A program made the translations under genes and the position numbers. This document shows, piece after piece, positions 9,171 to 17,388 of a DNA stretch of 36,356 nucleotides. The DNA lies in assembly GCA_002771215.1 (NCBI GenBank), contig PCRM01000034.1, positions 1 through 36,356 of the forward strand, written 5' to 3'. Positions within the stretch are counted from its first letter, which is position 1. Every line of letters starts with the position of its first letter. The notes under the pieces were generated by a model. It did not search any database and was not told the DNA's origin. It worked only from the letters and a program-made list of their open reading frames with translations. Origin of the DNA: Candidatus Nealsonbacteria bacterium CG23_combo_of_CG06-09_8_20_14_all_40_13. GTDB lineage: Bacteria; Patescibacteriota; UBA1384; UBA12157_A; GCA-002773005.

Positions 9171-10427
9171 TTAAGTTTTGACCGAATTAATTAATTTTGA
9201 TAAAATGCTGTCAAAAATTGTTTCCTGTCCGACCAAGGAAATGGCTAAGTTAGCCAGGGCCATGGGCGTGACATCTTGCAATTGTTTAAGTTTTCCCGTT
9301 GTGTCCACAACGCTGGTTACATCTGTCGGCTTGATAAATAATATCTGCGGCTTTTTGGGAAAAGGCAAATTAGCGTACCAGGAGGAATTTTCCAAAACTT
9401 GTGCAATATCGGGCAGGGAGCTTCCGCCGCCGCACAGCAGTATTTTAGTCGGCAAAAGTTCTTCCCCAAATTCTTCCAAAGTTAATTCTACGGCAGAAAG
9501 CCAAACTTGGCAATCTGAAAAAAGTGCTTGCTTGACTTTGGCAATTTTTGCCTGCTCTTGCATTTTGCCAGTTGAATAATCAAGTTTGACTTCTTCAGCT
9601 TCTCCAAAAGACAAATAGAAAACCTCGGCCAGCCGTTTGGTAAAAGCCCGACCGCCGAGGGCAAACATTTTTGTTCCTTCCAGACCGCCTTGGCGCACTA
9701 AAGCAATATCAGATGTGCCGCCCCCCATATCAATAAAAATAGCGGAGAAATCTGAAGTGGTGGCGTTGGCTAAACATCTGGCCACTGCGTATGGTTCGGC
9801 AACGACTGAAAGCAAATCCAAATCCAGCGCTTCCGCAATAGTTTGCAAAGCGCCCAAATGCACAATCGGCGCAAAAGCGCTGTAAACTCCCACCTCAATT
9901 TCTTTGCCTTGAAAACCCAAGGGATTAGTTACTTTATAGCCGTCAATTTTAACATCCACCACAGCCGCGTTAACCAATTTTACATCAATTTCCGACCGGC
10001 CTGTCTCCCAAGCTAGCACCGAGCGCGCCTTGTCAAAGGCGACTTTTTGCACCTTGGAAATTACTTCTTTCAACTCTGGCATAGAAATATTGATTTTGGA
10101 ATTTTCACGAATATATTTTATACGCGTCGTCATACCTTTAACTAGTTCACCCGCGATGCCGACAATCACCTGTCGGGGAATAATTTTTGCCTGTTTGCCG
10201 GCAATTTCAATCGCGGCCTGACAGTTTTGAATTACTCCTGAAATATCTGTTACCATCCCGCCTTGCATATCCGAAAGCTTTTGGCGGTATCTGCCCACGC
10301 CTAAAACTTTGGCTTTATCTTTTTCTACTTCAAAAATTAATGCTTTAACAAATTCAGTGCCAATATCCAAAGAAATGGCAAAACGGTCCTCTATTTTTTT
10401 ACTTTTAAGAAAATCAAAAAAACCCAT
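9171..10427 (-). CDS. FtsA-like actin-fold ATPase (probable start ATG 10427; ORF track extends to 10505)
   Basis: LDIGTEFVK, AEPYA, IDMGGGTSDIA, AEEVK and LCGGGS motifs; extended -10 TGtTATAAT just upstream of 10427. Confidence 0.8.
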   Translation of the reverse strand: MGFFDFLKSKKIEDRFAISLDIGTEFVKALIFEVEKDKAKVLGVGRYRQKLSDMQGGMVTDISGVIQNCQAAIEIAGKQAKIIPRQVIVGIAGELVKGMTTRIKYIRENSKINISMPELKEVISKVQKVAFDKARSVLAWETGRSEIDVKLVNAAVVDVKIDGYKVTNPLGFQGKEIEVGVYSAFAPIVHLGALQTIAEALDLDLLSVVAEPYAVARCLANATTSDFSAIFIDMGGGTSDIALVRQGGLEGTKMFALGGRAFTKRLAEVFYLSFGEAEEVKLDYSTGKMQEQAKIAKVKQALFSDCQVWLSAVELTLEEFGEELLPTKILLCGGGSSLPDIAQVLENSSWYANLPFPKKPQILFIKPTDVTSVVDTTGKLKQLQDVTPMALANLAISLVGQETIFDSILSKLINSVKT

Positions 10428-10577
10428 AAATGCCTTTGCTTTATTATAACACAGATGAAATCCGATAAAATTAATAATTTTGTCTATTGTAGGCAAATTT
10501 CCCACAGGACTTTTTACCTAAAATTCTGCGCCGGCTAAGATACATTGGTGACGGATAGGATAAATTGACCTCATTTT

Positions 10578-10705
10578 TAAAATTACAAATTACAAATCAC
10601 AAACAAATTTTCAATCTCAAATTCCAAATTCCAAACTTGTTTCGGTCATTAGAATTTTGGTCATTAGATATTGTTTGTAATTTGGTGCTTGGTGCTTGGG
10701 ATTTT
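10578..10705. repeat. Heptamer-periodic imperfect inverted repeat
   Basis: AAATTAC/AAATCAC/AAATTCC units on the left, mirrored by TTGGTGC/TTGGGAT/GTAATTT units on the right. Confidence 0.6.
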
Positions 10706-10744
10706 CAGCATGAGGCTGATCCGCCTTTAGCGAATTTTCGGGGC

Positions 10745-10773
10745 TTGACATTTTATTTGGTTTGTGCTATGAT
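10745..10773 (+). promoter_or_regulatory. sigma70 promoter of the cold-shock-domain gene
   Basis: TTGACA-17-TATGAT with TG extension; AAGGAG RBS before ATG 10844. Confidence 0.75.
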
Positions 10774-10843
10774 ATTATGTTTTGAGGATAGGCCGACAAG
10801 CTGATTCCTCAGATAGCACCGCCAAATATAAGGAGATGAAAAA

Positions 10844-11620
10844 ATGGCGGCATTAACAACAGAAACAGAAGTAGTAAGGATTGCCGGGACGGTGCTCTGG
10901 TGGGGGGAACACGGCTTTGGCTACGTTAAGGCCTCACCGGAAGCCCGCGAGTACTTCGACAAACATGGCCACCCCCTTCCTGAAGACAAGGGTGTCTTCA
11001 TCCACTGGAAAATGGCCTGCCGGCCCAAAGGGTTTGTATGTCTTGCGCCCGGACAGTCGGTGGAGTACACTCCCCAACACGTCGATGGCGAAGGTAAGGG
11101 TTGGCAAGCCACAGATTTCGTAGTTTTGCCAAACACTGAAGGCGTCGTCGTCCCAAATAACCAGGTCAGCGAGGAACGGATGGAGGGCGAAAATATCCTC
11201 TTCAACCCTGCAAAGTCCGCACGGCCACGTCGCGGAAACGGCAAAAAGTTGCCAGGCTTCAAACGGCTTCCAGGCACTTTCTTCGGAACTATCATGCCGT
11301 TGTTCAGCAAGTGGGGAGACGCCTATCTCCGGCTTGACGAGCCGGACAAGATCAAGATCATGGAAGCCATGCAGGTCGTCGGGATTGATTGGATTCTTCC
11401 TGACGACCCAGAAGAGAGGCTGGCGGCCGTCCATGAGGCTTTCCTCTTCCGTAACAGAGTAAAGGAAGGCTGGGAGGGCGGAACGAGGCTGCAGGTTAGT
11501 CTCGTCTGGGAATCCAAAGGTCTGGAGGTGGATAAGGCCCAATACATCGGCCAGACGGCCACGTCTGTCGCCTTCAAAGAGGCAGAAAACGGCAAACCCA
11601 AAGCAACATTCGTCGCCTAG
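10844..11620 (+). CDS. Cold-shock-domain (OB-fold) protein with a probable second OB-like domain
   Basis: GTVLWW..GFGYV (RNP1), VFIHW (RNP2), L.PGQSVEY and GKGWQA; own promoter, RBS and terminator. Confidence 0.75.
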   Translation: MAALTTETEVVRIAGTVLWWGEHGFGYVKASPEAREYFDKHGHPLPEDKGVFIHWKMACRPKGFVCLAPGQSVEYTPQHVDGEGKGWQATDFVVLPNTEGVVVPNNQVSEERMEGENILFNPAKSARPRRGNGKKLPGFKRLPGTFFGTIMPLFSKWGDAYLRLDEPDKIKIMEAMQVVGIDWILPDDPEERLAAVHEAFLFRNRVKEGWEGGTRLQVSLVWESKGLEVDKAQYIGQTATSVAFKEAENGKPKATFVA

Positions 11621-11653
11621 CCCAACTCCTTCAACATCTCCTTCTACCCCAAA

Positions 11654-11690
11654 GGCCCCCCAATGCATTCGCTGCGGGGGGCCATTTTTT
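11654..11690 (+). terminator. Intrinsic terminator
   Basis: GGCCCCCC...GGGGGGCC stem followed by TTTTTT. Confidence 0.8.
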
Positions 11691-11729
11691 ATCTAAAATT
11701 TAGTCCACTTTGGCTTACCCGCCGTAACT

Positions 11730-13469
11730 TTAGTGAAGGCGGGCTTTAATTCTTCTTACTCCGGAGGCGGCGGATTTTTCAGATAGAATTTTAAAATGAC
11801 CGAGTTCTCCAGTATTTTTGACATGAGGGCCAGCGCAGAGTTCTTTGGAATAGCCGCCGATATCGTATAAAGTCACTTTATCAGCATATTTTTGCTCAAA
11901 CAGCGCTATAGCGCCTTCTTTTTTTGCTTGGCTGACGGTCGTCAATTTGCTTGTGACCGTCAACTTATCCTTAATTTTTTGATTAACTATTTGTTCTATT
12001 TTGCGTAGTTGTTCATCAGTTAGTTCTTGCGGGTGAGTAAAATCAAAACGCAAAACCTCACCAGTAACATCTTGTCCCGCTTGTTTTGCATGCGGCCCTA
12101 AAACTTCGCGTAAAGCTTGATGGAGCAGATGGCAGGCAGTGTGCAGTTTTGGGTTGGCCGAGCCGCTGGAAACTTTTTGGGACTTTCTGGCAACTTCTCG
12201 TTGCATCTCCATTGCTTTTGCAAAATCTTCTCTGGCAACTTTGAAATTATCTTTTTGCGCCAGCTCTTCAGTAAGTTCTATCGGAAAACCAAAAGTATCC
12301 GCAAGTTTGAAAGCAGCGGCGCCAGAAATAATTTTATCTTTTTGCGATTTGTTTTTGATTTTTTCAAATTCTGCCAATCCTCTCTGCAATGTTTTCAAAA
12401 ATCTGTCCTCCTCGCCCGCCAGCACTGATATAATTTGCTCTTTATTTTTAACCAAATTAGGATAAAATTCACCTAATTGCGCAATAACTACTTGCGCTAA
12501 TTCTTTTAAAAAATCTTTCTTAAGTTTCAGTAAGAAACCGTGCAAAATAGCGCGGCGGATGAGGCGACGCAGGACATAACCTTGCTGTTTGTTGGCTGGT
12601 AAAATTCCCTCGGCCGACAAAAAAGTGATACCACGAATGTGGTCAGCTAAAATCAAGGCGCTGCGCGGCAAATCAACATTCTTACTCTCTATTAATAAAT
12701 TGTCAATTTTTGCCAAAATCGGCGAGTAAATATCAGTTTGAAAAACGCTTTTTTCCCCCTGCATCACCGCCGCTAATCTTTCCAAACCCATTCCCGTATC
12801 AACGCCTTTTAAAGCCAGCGGTTTTAATCGGCGATTTTTATCGCAATAGTACTGGTTAAAAACTAAATTCCAAACTTCAATCCCATCAACAAAAATTTCC
12901 AAAGTCGGACCGCATGGGCCTTCATCGCCGGTTGGACCCCAGAAATTATCCTCCGAAGAGCCCATTAAAATTTGCTTATCGTCAAAAATTTGCCTGGCTG
13001 ACGTAAACGATTCGCTGTCTAAAGGCAAATTTTTATTCTTGTCGCCCGGGAAAATGGTCACGGTGATTCTTTGTGCATTAATTTTTAAATCTTTGGTCAG
13101 AAATTCGTAAGTTAAATCAATGGCTTCTTTTTTAAAGTAACTGCCGAAGGATTTATCCTGCCTCGCACCGAGGCTCGGCACAAGGTGAGCATAGCCGAAG
13201 GAAAAATTGCCCATCATTTCAAAAAAAGTCAGATGGCTGTTGTCGCCGACTTCTTCAATATCGCTGGTACGAAAACAGGGTTGAACCGTAACAACTTTAC
13301 CATATTTCGGTTTGACCTCACCGGAAAACCAATCTTTAAACTGCTGCATTCCCGCCGTAGTTAACAAAACTGAAGGGTCTGTAGGAATTAAAGAAGAAGC
13401 GGGCAAAAGTTTATGTCCTTTGCTTTGAAAAAACTTAATAAATTTTTCTCTTAAAATTTTACTTTGCAT
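11730..13469 (-). CDS. alaS: Alanine--tRNA ligase, compact form without C-Ala domain (start ATG 13469)
   Basis: DPSVLLTTAGMQQFK, QPCFRT, HLTFFEMMGNFSFG, GPCGP, DTGMGLERL and ADHIR; editing motifs HTACHLLH and ELCAGPHV. Confidence 0.97.
   Translation of the reverse strand: MQSKILREKFIKFFQSKGHKLLPASSLIPTDPSVLLTTAGMQQFKDWFSGEVKPKYGKVVTVQPCFRTSDIEEVGDNSHLTFFEMMGNFSFGYAHLVPSLGARQDKSFGSYFKKEAIDLTYEFLTKDLKINAQRITVTIFPGDKNKNLPLDSESFTSARQIFDDKQILMGSSEDNFWGPTGDEGPCGPTLEIFVDGIEVWNLVFNQYYCDKNRRLKPLALKGVDTGMGLERLAAVMQGEKSVFQTDIYSPILAKIDNLLIESKNVDLPRSALILADHIRGITFLSAEGILPANKQQGYVLRRLIRRAILHGFLLKLKKDFLKELAQVVIAQLGEFYPNLVKNKEQIISVLAGEEDRFLKTLQRGLAEFEKIKNKSQKDKIISGAAAFKLADTFGFPIELTEELAQKDNFKVAREDFAKAMEMQREVARKSQKVSSGSANPKLHTACHLLHQALREVLGPHAKQAGQDVTGEVLRFDFTHPQELTDEQLRKIEQIVNQKIKDKLTVTSKLTTVSQAKKEGAIALFEQKYADKVTLYDIGGYSKELCAGPHVKNTGELGHFKILSEKSAASGVRRIKARLH
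13143..13202 (-). repeat. In-frame nested REP insertion (51 nt, 17 aa) in alaS
   Basis: 9-bp direct repeat TCCTTCGGC flanks TATGCTCA[CCTTGTGCCGAGCCTCGGTGCGAGG]CAGGATAAA. Confidence 0.8.
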
Positions 13470-13506
13470 AATTGACAATTTTTGGACAATGTGGGCTATA
13501 GCCAAG

Positions 13507-13685
13507 AAGCGAGCCTGTAGCCCCGAAGGGGCACAGCTGATTCCGTACCAAAGCAAATCTTGTCGCAGATAAAACTCGAAGGAGCGAGCCGCTAGCCCAT
13601 AAAGTTGGCTAGCAACCGCACAGGAAGACCGAGCAGCAGCGAGGGCGCTCCTGTAAAGGGGACAACTTTTGGGCGCGGCGAGCGA
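13507..13685. repeat. Dispersed structured element, copy 1
   Basis: Shares AGCGAGCCGCTAG, ACAGGA, CGCTCCTGTA and GGCGCGGCGAGCGA with 27297-27390, and AAGCGAGCCTG and AAGCAAA..TGTCGCAGA with 30258-30423. Confidence 0.75.
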
Positions 13686-13689
13686 TATC

Positions 13690-14316
13690 TTATTTATAAA
13701 ACAACAACCCTTTTTTAACTTTTTCCCAAAGCGTCGGCTGGGGAGGCACTACCACCCTTAAGTTAACATCCTGTCCTTCTTGAAGTACCGGATAAAGTGT
13801 AACATACATGCTTTCTGCTTTTTTAACAGAAGCCACAAAACCTTTTGTTTCTCCAGCCGGCGCGCCTCTGGCCGCAAGCCACCTATCCGCCACCGCCGGC
13901 CCGCCGTTGTAGGCGGCTAAAAGATAGTCAGTATTGCCGCCATATTTGTCAGACAAATTTTTCAAATACCAACTGCCATAGCGAATGTTTGTCTCGGGGT
14001 CATAAAGCATATTGATTTGAAAATGCTCGCCCAATTTTCCAGCTATGGAACGGCCGGTGCCAGGCATAATCTGCATCAAGCCGATGGCACCCGCGCGCGA
14101 AACCGAATCGGAATTGTAGCGCGATTCCTGAAAAATAACTGCTGCAATCAAAGTTGCGCGAATATTAAAACGCTTGGAATATTTTAAAATGTATTCGTCG
14201 TATTTCAGTGGATAAACCGCCTCTCCCCAAATTTGCGGAAAATAAAAATAAAAAATTAAACCCGTCACCAGCAGAAAACTAAAAATTATGCTAATTTTAA
14301 CTATTGTTTTTTTCAT
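13690..14316 (-). CDS. Lytic transglycosylase (SLT domain), membrane anchored
   Basis: AVIFQESRY, GAIGLMQIMP, NIRYGSWYL and AAYNGG motifs. Confidence 0.93.
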   Translation of the reverse strand: MKKTIVKISIIFSFLLVTGLIFYFYFPQIWGEAVYPLKYDEYILKYSKRFNIRATLIAAVIFQESRYNSDSVSRAGAIGLMQIMPGTGRSIAGKLGEHFQINMLYDPETNIRYGSWYLKNLSDKYGGNTDYLLAAYNGGPAVADRWLAARGAPAGETKGFVASVKKAESMYVTLYPVLQEGQDVNLRVVVPPQPTLWEKVKKGLLFYK

Positions 14317-14332
14317 AAATTTACTTTAAAAT

Positions 14333-15106
14333 CTACCCTGCTAACCAGCCACCGTCAATAACCACCGTTGAACCAGTCATATAAGAAGAGGAATCCGAAG
14401 CCAAAAACAAGACTAATTCTGATACTTCTTCAGGTTTACCTATTCGATGAAGGGGTACTCTAGCCAATAGCCCCTCCAACGTTTTAGGGTCTTTTTTGAC
14501 TGGTTCAATCATTGGTGTCTCAATCATGCCTGGGGCAATGGCATTAACTCGAATTTTAAAAGGGGCAAGTTCAACCGCCAGCGCTTCAGTTAAAGCGACT
14601 ATTCCACCTTTGGAGGCGCAATAATGGGCAATATTTGGAAAACCAATCCCCTGCTGCCCCATGGCCACTGAAGAAATATTGACAATTACTCCTCCACCTT
14701 TTTCCTTCATTACTAAAGCCGCTGCCTGGGAACAGAAAAATTGACCTTTAAGATTGATATCTAATGTTCTATCCCATTCTTCCTCTGTTAATTGTAAAAA
14801 TGGCTTAAACTGCGCTATCCCAGCGTTGTTGATTAAAATATCCAAACGACCAAATTGTTCAACAATTTTTTTAACGACTTGTTCGACGTCCGTTTTTTTA
14901 GAAACATCTAATTTTAGAGCAAGTGCTTGGCCACCTTGTGATTTAATTTCGTCAGCCACTTTTTGGCAATCAGCCAAATCAATATCAGTGACAATTACCT
15001 TAACTCCTTTTTTGGCTAAAGCTAAAACATGGGTTCTACCCATACCTCTTCTTGCCCCAGTAATTAGAGCCACTTTACCTTTTAAATCTTCCATTTTTAC
15101 CTCCAT
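14333..15106 (-). CDS. SDR family oxidoreductase (FabG-like)
   Basis: TGARRGMG, NNAG, YCASK and NAIAPG motifs. Confidence 0.93.
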   Translation of the reverse strand: MEVKMEDLKGKVALITGARRGMGRTHVLALAKKGVKVIVTDIDLADCQKVADEIKSQGGQALALKLDVSKKTDVEQVVKKIVEQFGRLDILINNAGIAQFKPFLQLTEEEWDRTLDINLKGQFFCSQAAALVMKEKGGGVIVNISSVAMGQQGIGFPNIAHYCASKGGIVALTEALAVELAPFKIRVNAIAPGMIETPMIEPVKKDPKTLEGLLARVPLHRIGKPEEVSELVLFLASDSSSYMTGSTVVIDGGWLAG

Positions 15107-15138
15107 AGTTTTTAACTTTTACTTTTTAATTTTGACCC

Positions 15139-15183
15139 ATTCGACTTCATCCAGGGTCAATCCTGAGTTTATCGAAGGATTGA
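15139..15183. repeat. REP-like TTCGAC...CTGAG...TCGAAG element (relatives at 16095-16139 and 16246-16290)
   Basis: TTCGACttcatccagggTCAATCCTGAGtttaTCGAAGGATTGA matches TTCGACtcaactcagcaTCAATCCTGAGcttgcCGAATGGATTGA. Confidence 0.65.
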
Positions 15184-15198
15184 GTTTAGCGAAGCGCT

Positions 15199-15243
15199 TG
15201 GTGCCGGGGGCGGGAGTCGAACCCACACGAGGTTTTACCCTCA
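15199..15243 (-). pseudogene. 3' half of a tRNA-Leu (att-like remnant)
   Basis: GAGGGTAAAACCTC variable arm, GTGGGTTCGACTCCCGC T arm and CCCCGGCACCA; no D arm or anticodon arm upstream. Confidence 0.85.
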
Positions 15244-15306
15244 TTTGGTAGCTGTTTCTGATTAAATTTTATCAGATTTTTCTTAAGAGAGCAAATATTT
15301 TTGGAT

Positions 15307-15341
15307 AAAAAAAGGGCCCCGGCGCGCAAGCGCTCGGGGCC
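15307..15341 (-). terminator. Intrinsic terminator of the 15398..15868 gene
   Basis: GGCCCCG...CGGGGCC stem with a T7 tract on the minus strand. Confidence 0.8.
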
Positions 15342-15397
15342 TGTACCAGAGGGGGATTTCCGTTTGGAAGTCCCTTTGGGTTTGGAGGGTAAGAGGG

Positions 15398-15868
15398 TTA
15401 GTCGCAGATGGCCTCAATTTCGGCCTTTTCTAGACGGCAGGTAGAGACCCAACGATCGTTCTCCCACTTTTTCTGGTAGTAGAGCTCATGGGTCACTTCA
15501 CCGATCTTAATCTTAGCCATCTCCGGCTCCCACATACATTGGTTGTTATAGAGCCAACATTGACTTTCGATCTTGATGTACTTCCCATCGACTTGACCAA
15601 CCCATGTCTTGATGTGGACGATACGGGCGACCTCGTCGTGGAGAACACACCTATATTCTTCCTCCAACATTTCTTCGTACATCTCGAACATCGAGCGAGC
15701 TTGAAAAACAGGCTCAGCAACAATGTCGGTCTGTGCCCATTGAAGGTCACAACCGAAGATTTGTCGAAGAGCTTCCCGAGTCATCTCCATCGGAAACATG
15801 ACCGAGTAGCCGAGCGAGAACTTCTGCTTGGAATCCCTTTCCTGTTTTGCCTCTAACATAGTTTTCAT
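15398..15868 (-). CDS. Hypothetical protein (islet cargo)
   Basis: 156 aa ORF with CAGGAG RBS, own promoter and terminator; no family recognised. Confidence 0.7.
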   Translation of the reverse strand: MKTMLEAKQERDSKQKFSLGYSVMFPMEMTREALRQIFGCDLQWAQTDIVAEPVFQARSMFEMYEEMLEEEYRCVLHDEVARIVHIKTWVGQVDGKYIKIESQCWLYNNQCMWEPEMAKIKIGEVTHELYYQKKWENDRWVSTCRLEKAEIEAICD

Positions 15869-16062
15869 CTCCTGTTTCAGGGTTCGCCCAAGGTTATCCT
15901 CGAGCGGCTACCGTCTCGGTAGCGATTTAGCAAAGAAAATAGATTTCTCAACCAAGTCGCTACCGAGAAAAACATAAAAACGCTACCCACGAAGAGATTA
16001 GGAGGATATTTTAAGGTTCAAACCTGTTTCAAGCGAAAACTATCTTTACTGAAAACTAATTA

Positions 16063-16091
16063 ATTATAGCACAGAAAAGAGGGTTTGTCAA
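16063..16091 (-). promoter_or_regulatory. Consensus sigma70 promoter
   Basis: TTGACA (16091-16086)-17-TATAAT (16068-16063) with TG extension. Confidence 0.8.
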
Positions 16092-16342
16092 TAGTTCGAC
16101 ATCGCTCACTATTGACACTGACCAAAGTCGAAGTGTCAAGTATAAATTGGGTAAATTCAAGAAAAAAAACAGAAATTCCCAAAAATTTCTGCAACAAATG
16201 ATATGAAAAAATTTTCTTTTACTAATTCAAACCGCCAATTGATGCTTCGACTCAACTCAGCATCAATCCTGAGCTTGCCGAATGGATTGATTTTTTGTAG
16301 TTTTTACTTTTTAACTTTTACTTTTTACTTTAGCGAAGCGCT

Positions 16343-16431
16343 TGGTGCCGGGGGTGGGATTCGAACCCACACGGAGTTTTACCTCCAACGGGTTTTAAGC
16401 CCGTATCGTCTACCAATTCCGACACCCCGGC
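16343..16431 (-). tRNA. tRNA-Leu(TAA)
   Basis: GCCGGGG acceptor, ACGGG-CT TAA AA-CCCGT anticodon arm, long variable arm, GGTTCGAATCC, CCA. Confidence 0.97.
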
Positions 16432-17388
16432 TCAAATTACCTGCCATTTACCTTCTTTATAATTTAACCTTCCCTCAACTGTAAATCCAGCTGCCTTTTT
16501 ATGCCCGCCGCCGCCGAAAATCTTGGCAATTTGCGAAATATCAATATTATCATCCTCAGTCCGCAACGAGGCGCGCACTTTGCCATCGGCAGTTTCTGAA
16601 AAAAATATGGCTATTTTAGTATCGGCAATACTGCCGATTAAATTGACAATACCGGCCATATCAATTTCGCAAGCACGGCAATCTTGCAAATCTTTCCGCG
16701 TTATAACTGAAGTGCACAAACCGTATTGTTGATTTTGCCATATTCGAGATAAAGCGATTCCCCACAATTTCAAGGCAGTAACTGATTTATTCACAGATAT
16801 GTTTTTAGCAATCTGCTTTAAATTGGCGCCATACGACAAAAGTTTACCCGCAATATCTAAAACTTTTTCACTCGTATTGGAATGTTTAAATCCGCCAGTA
16901 TCTGTGTATAATCCGGTTAAAAGGCACGTGGCCAAATTTTTATCAAAGTCAATATTTATTTCTTGAAAAAAATCAAACAGTATTTCTGCCGTTGAAGATG
17001 CTTCCTGACAAACAATATTCAAATTGGCAATTTTGTGAAGGTCATTTTTAGGATGATGGTCAATGTTTAAAAGATGTCTTTTATGTTTGGCGTACTGCAA
17101 AAATCTTTGAGGAAAGCCTGTTCTTTTCAAATCGCCGCAGTCTAAAACAATAACCAAATCATAGTCGCCCTGCAAAAAGTCATTTTGAATTTTGCAAGCG
17201 TTGGGTAGGAAAGAAAAAAGTGCGGGAATCTCGTCTTTGCCAACAATATCAGCGTCTTTGCCCATTTTTTTCAAAACAGCATATAAAGCAAGAGATGAAG
17301 CAATAGTGTCACCATCGGGGCTTTTATGGATGACAAGAAGAATTTTTTCGCCAGAGGTAAGATATTTTAGGATTTTGTCTGCGGGCAT
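16432..17388 (-). CDS. nrnA: DHH/DHHA1 bifunctional oligoribonuclease/PAP phosphatase
   Basis: HKSPDGD, VLDC, IDHH, TDTGGF, SLR and GGGGHKKAAG motifs. Confidence 0.93.
   Translation of the reverse strand: MPADKILKYLTSGEKILLVIHKSPDGDTIASSLALYAVLKKMGKDADIVGKDEIPALFSFLPNACKIQNDFLQGDYDLVIVLDCGDLKRTGFPQRFLQYAKHKRHLLNIDHHPKNDLHKIANLNIVCQEASSTAEILFDFFQEINIDFDKNLATCLLTGLYTDTGGFKHSNTSEKVLDIAGKLLSYGANLKQIAKNISVNKSVTALKLWGIALSRIWQNQQYGLCTSVITRKDLQDCRACEIDMAGIVNLIGSIADTKIAIFFSETADGKVRASLRTEDDNIDISQIAKIFGGGGHKKAAGFTVEGRLNYKEGKWQVI

Noticed and set aside
13470-13556. N-terminal extension of alaS
   Set aside because: Runs through the structured repeat; AlaRS homology begins at MQSKILREKF (13469)
13507-13685. 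T-box riboswitch upstream of alaS
   Set aside because: No T-box consensus (AAnnnGGGTGGnACC) or terminator on the minus strand, and homologous copies occur at unrelated genes
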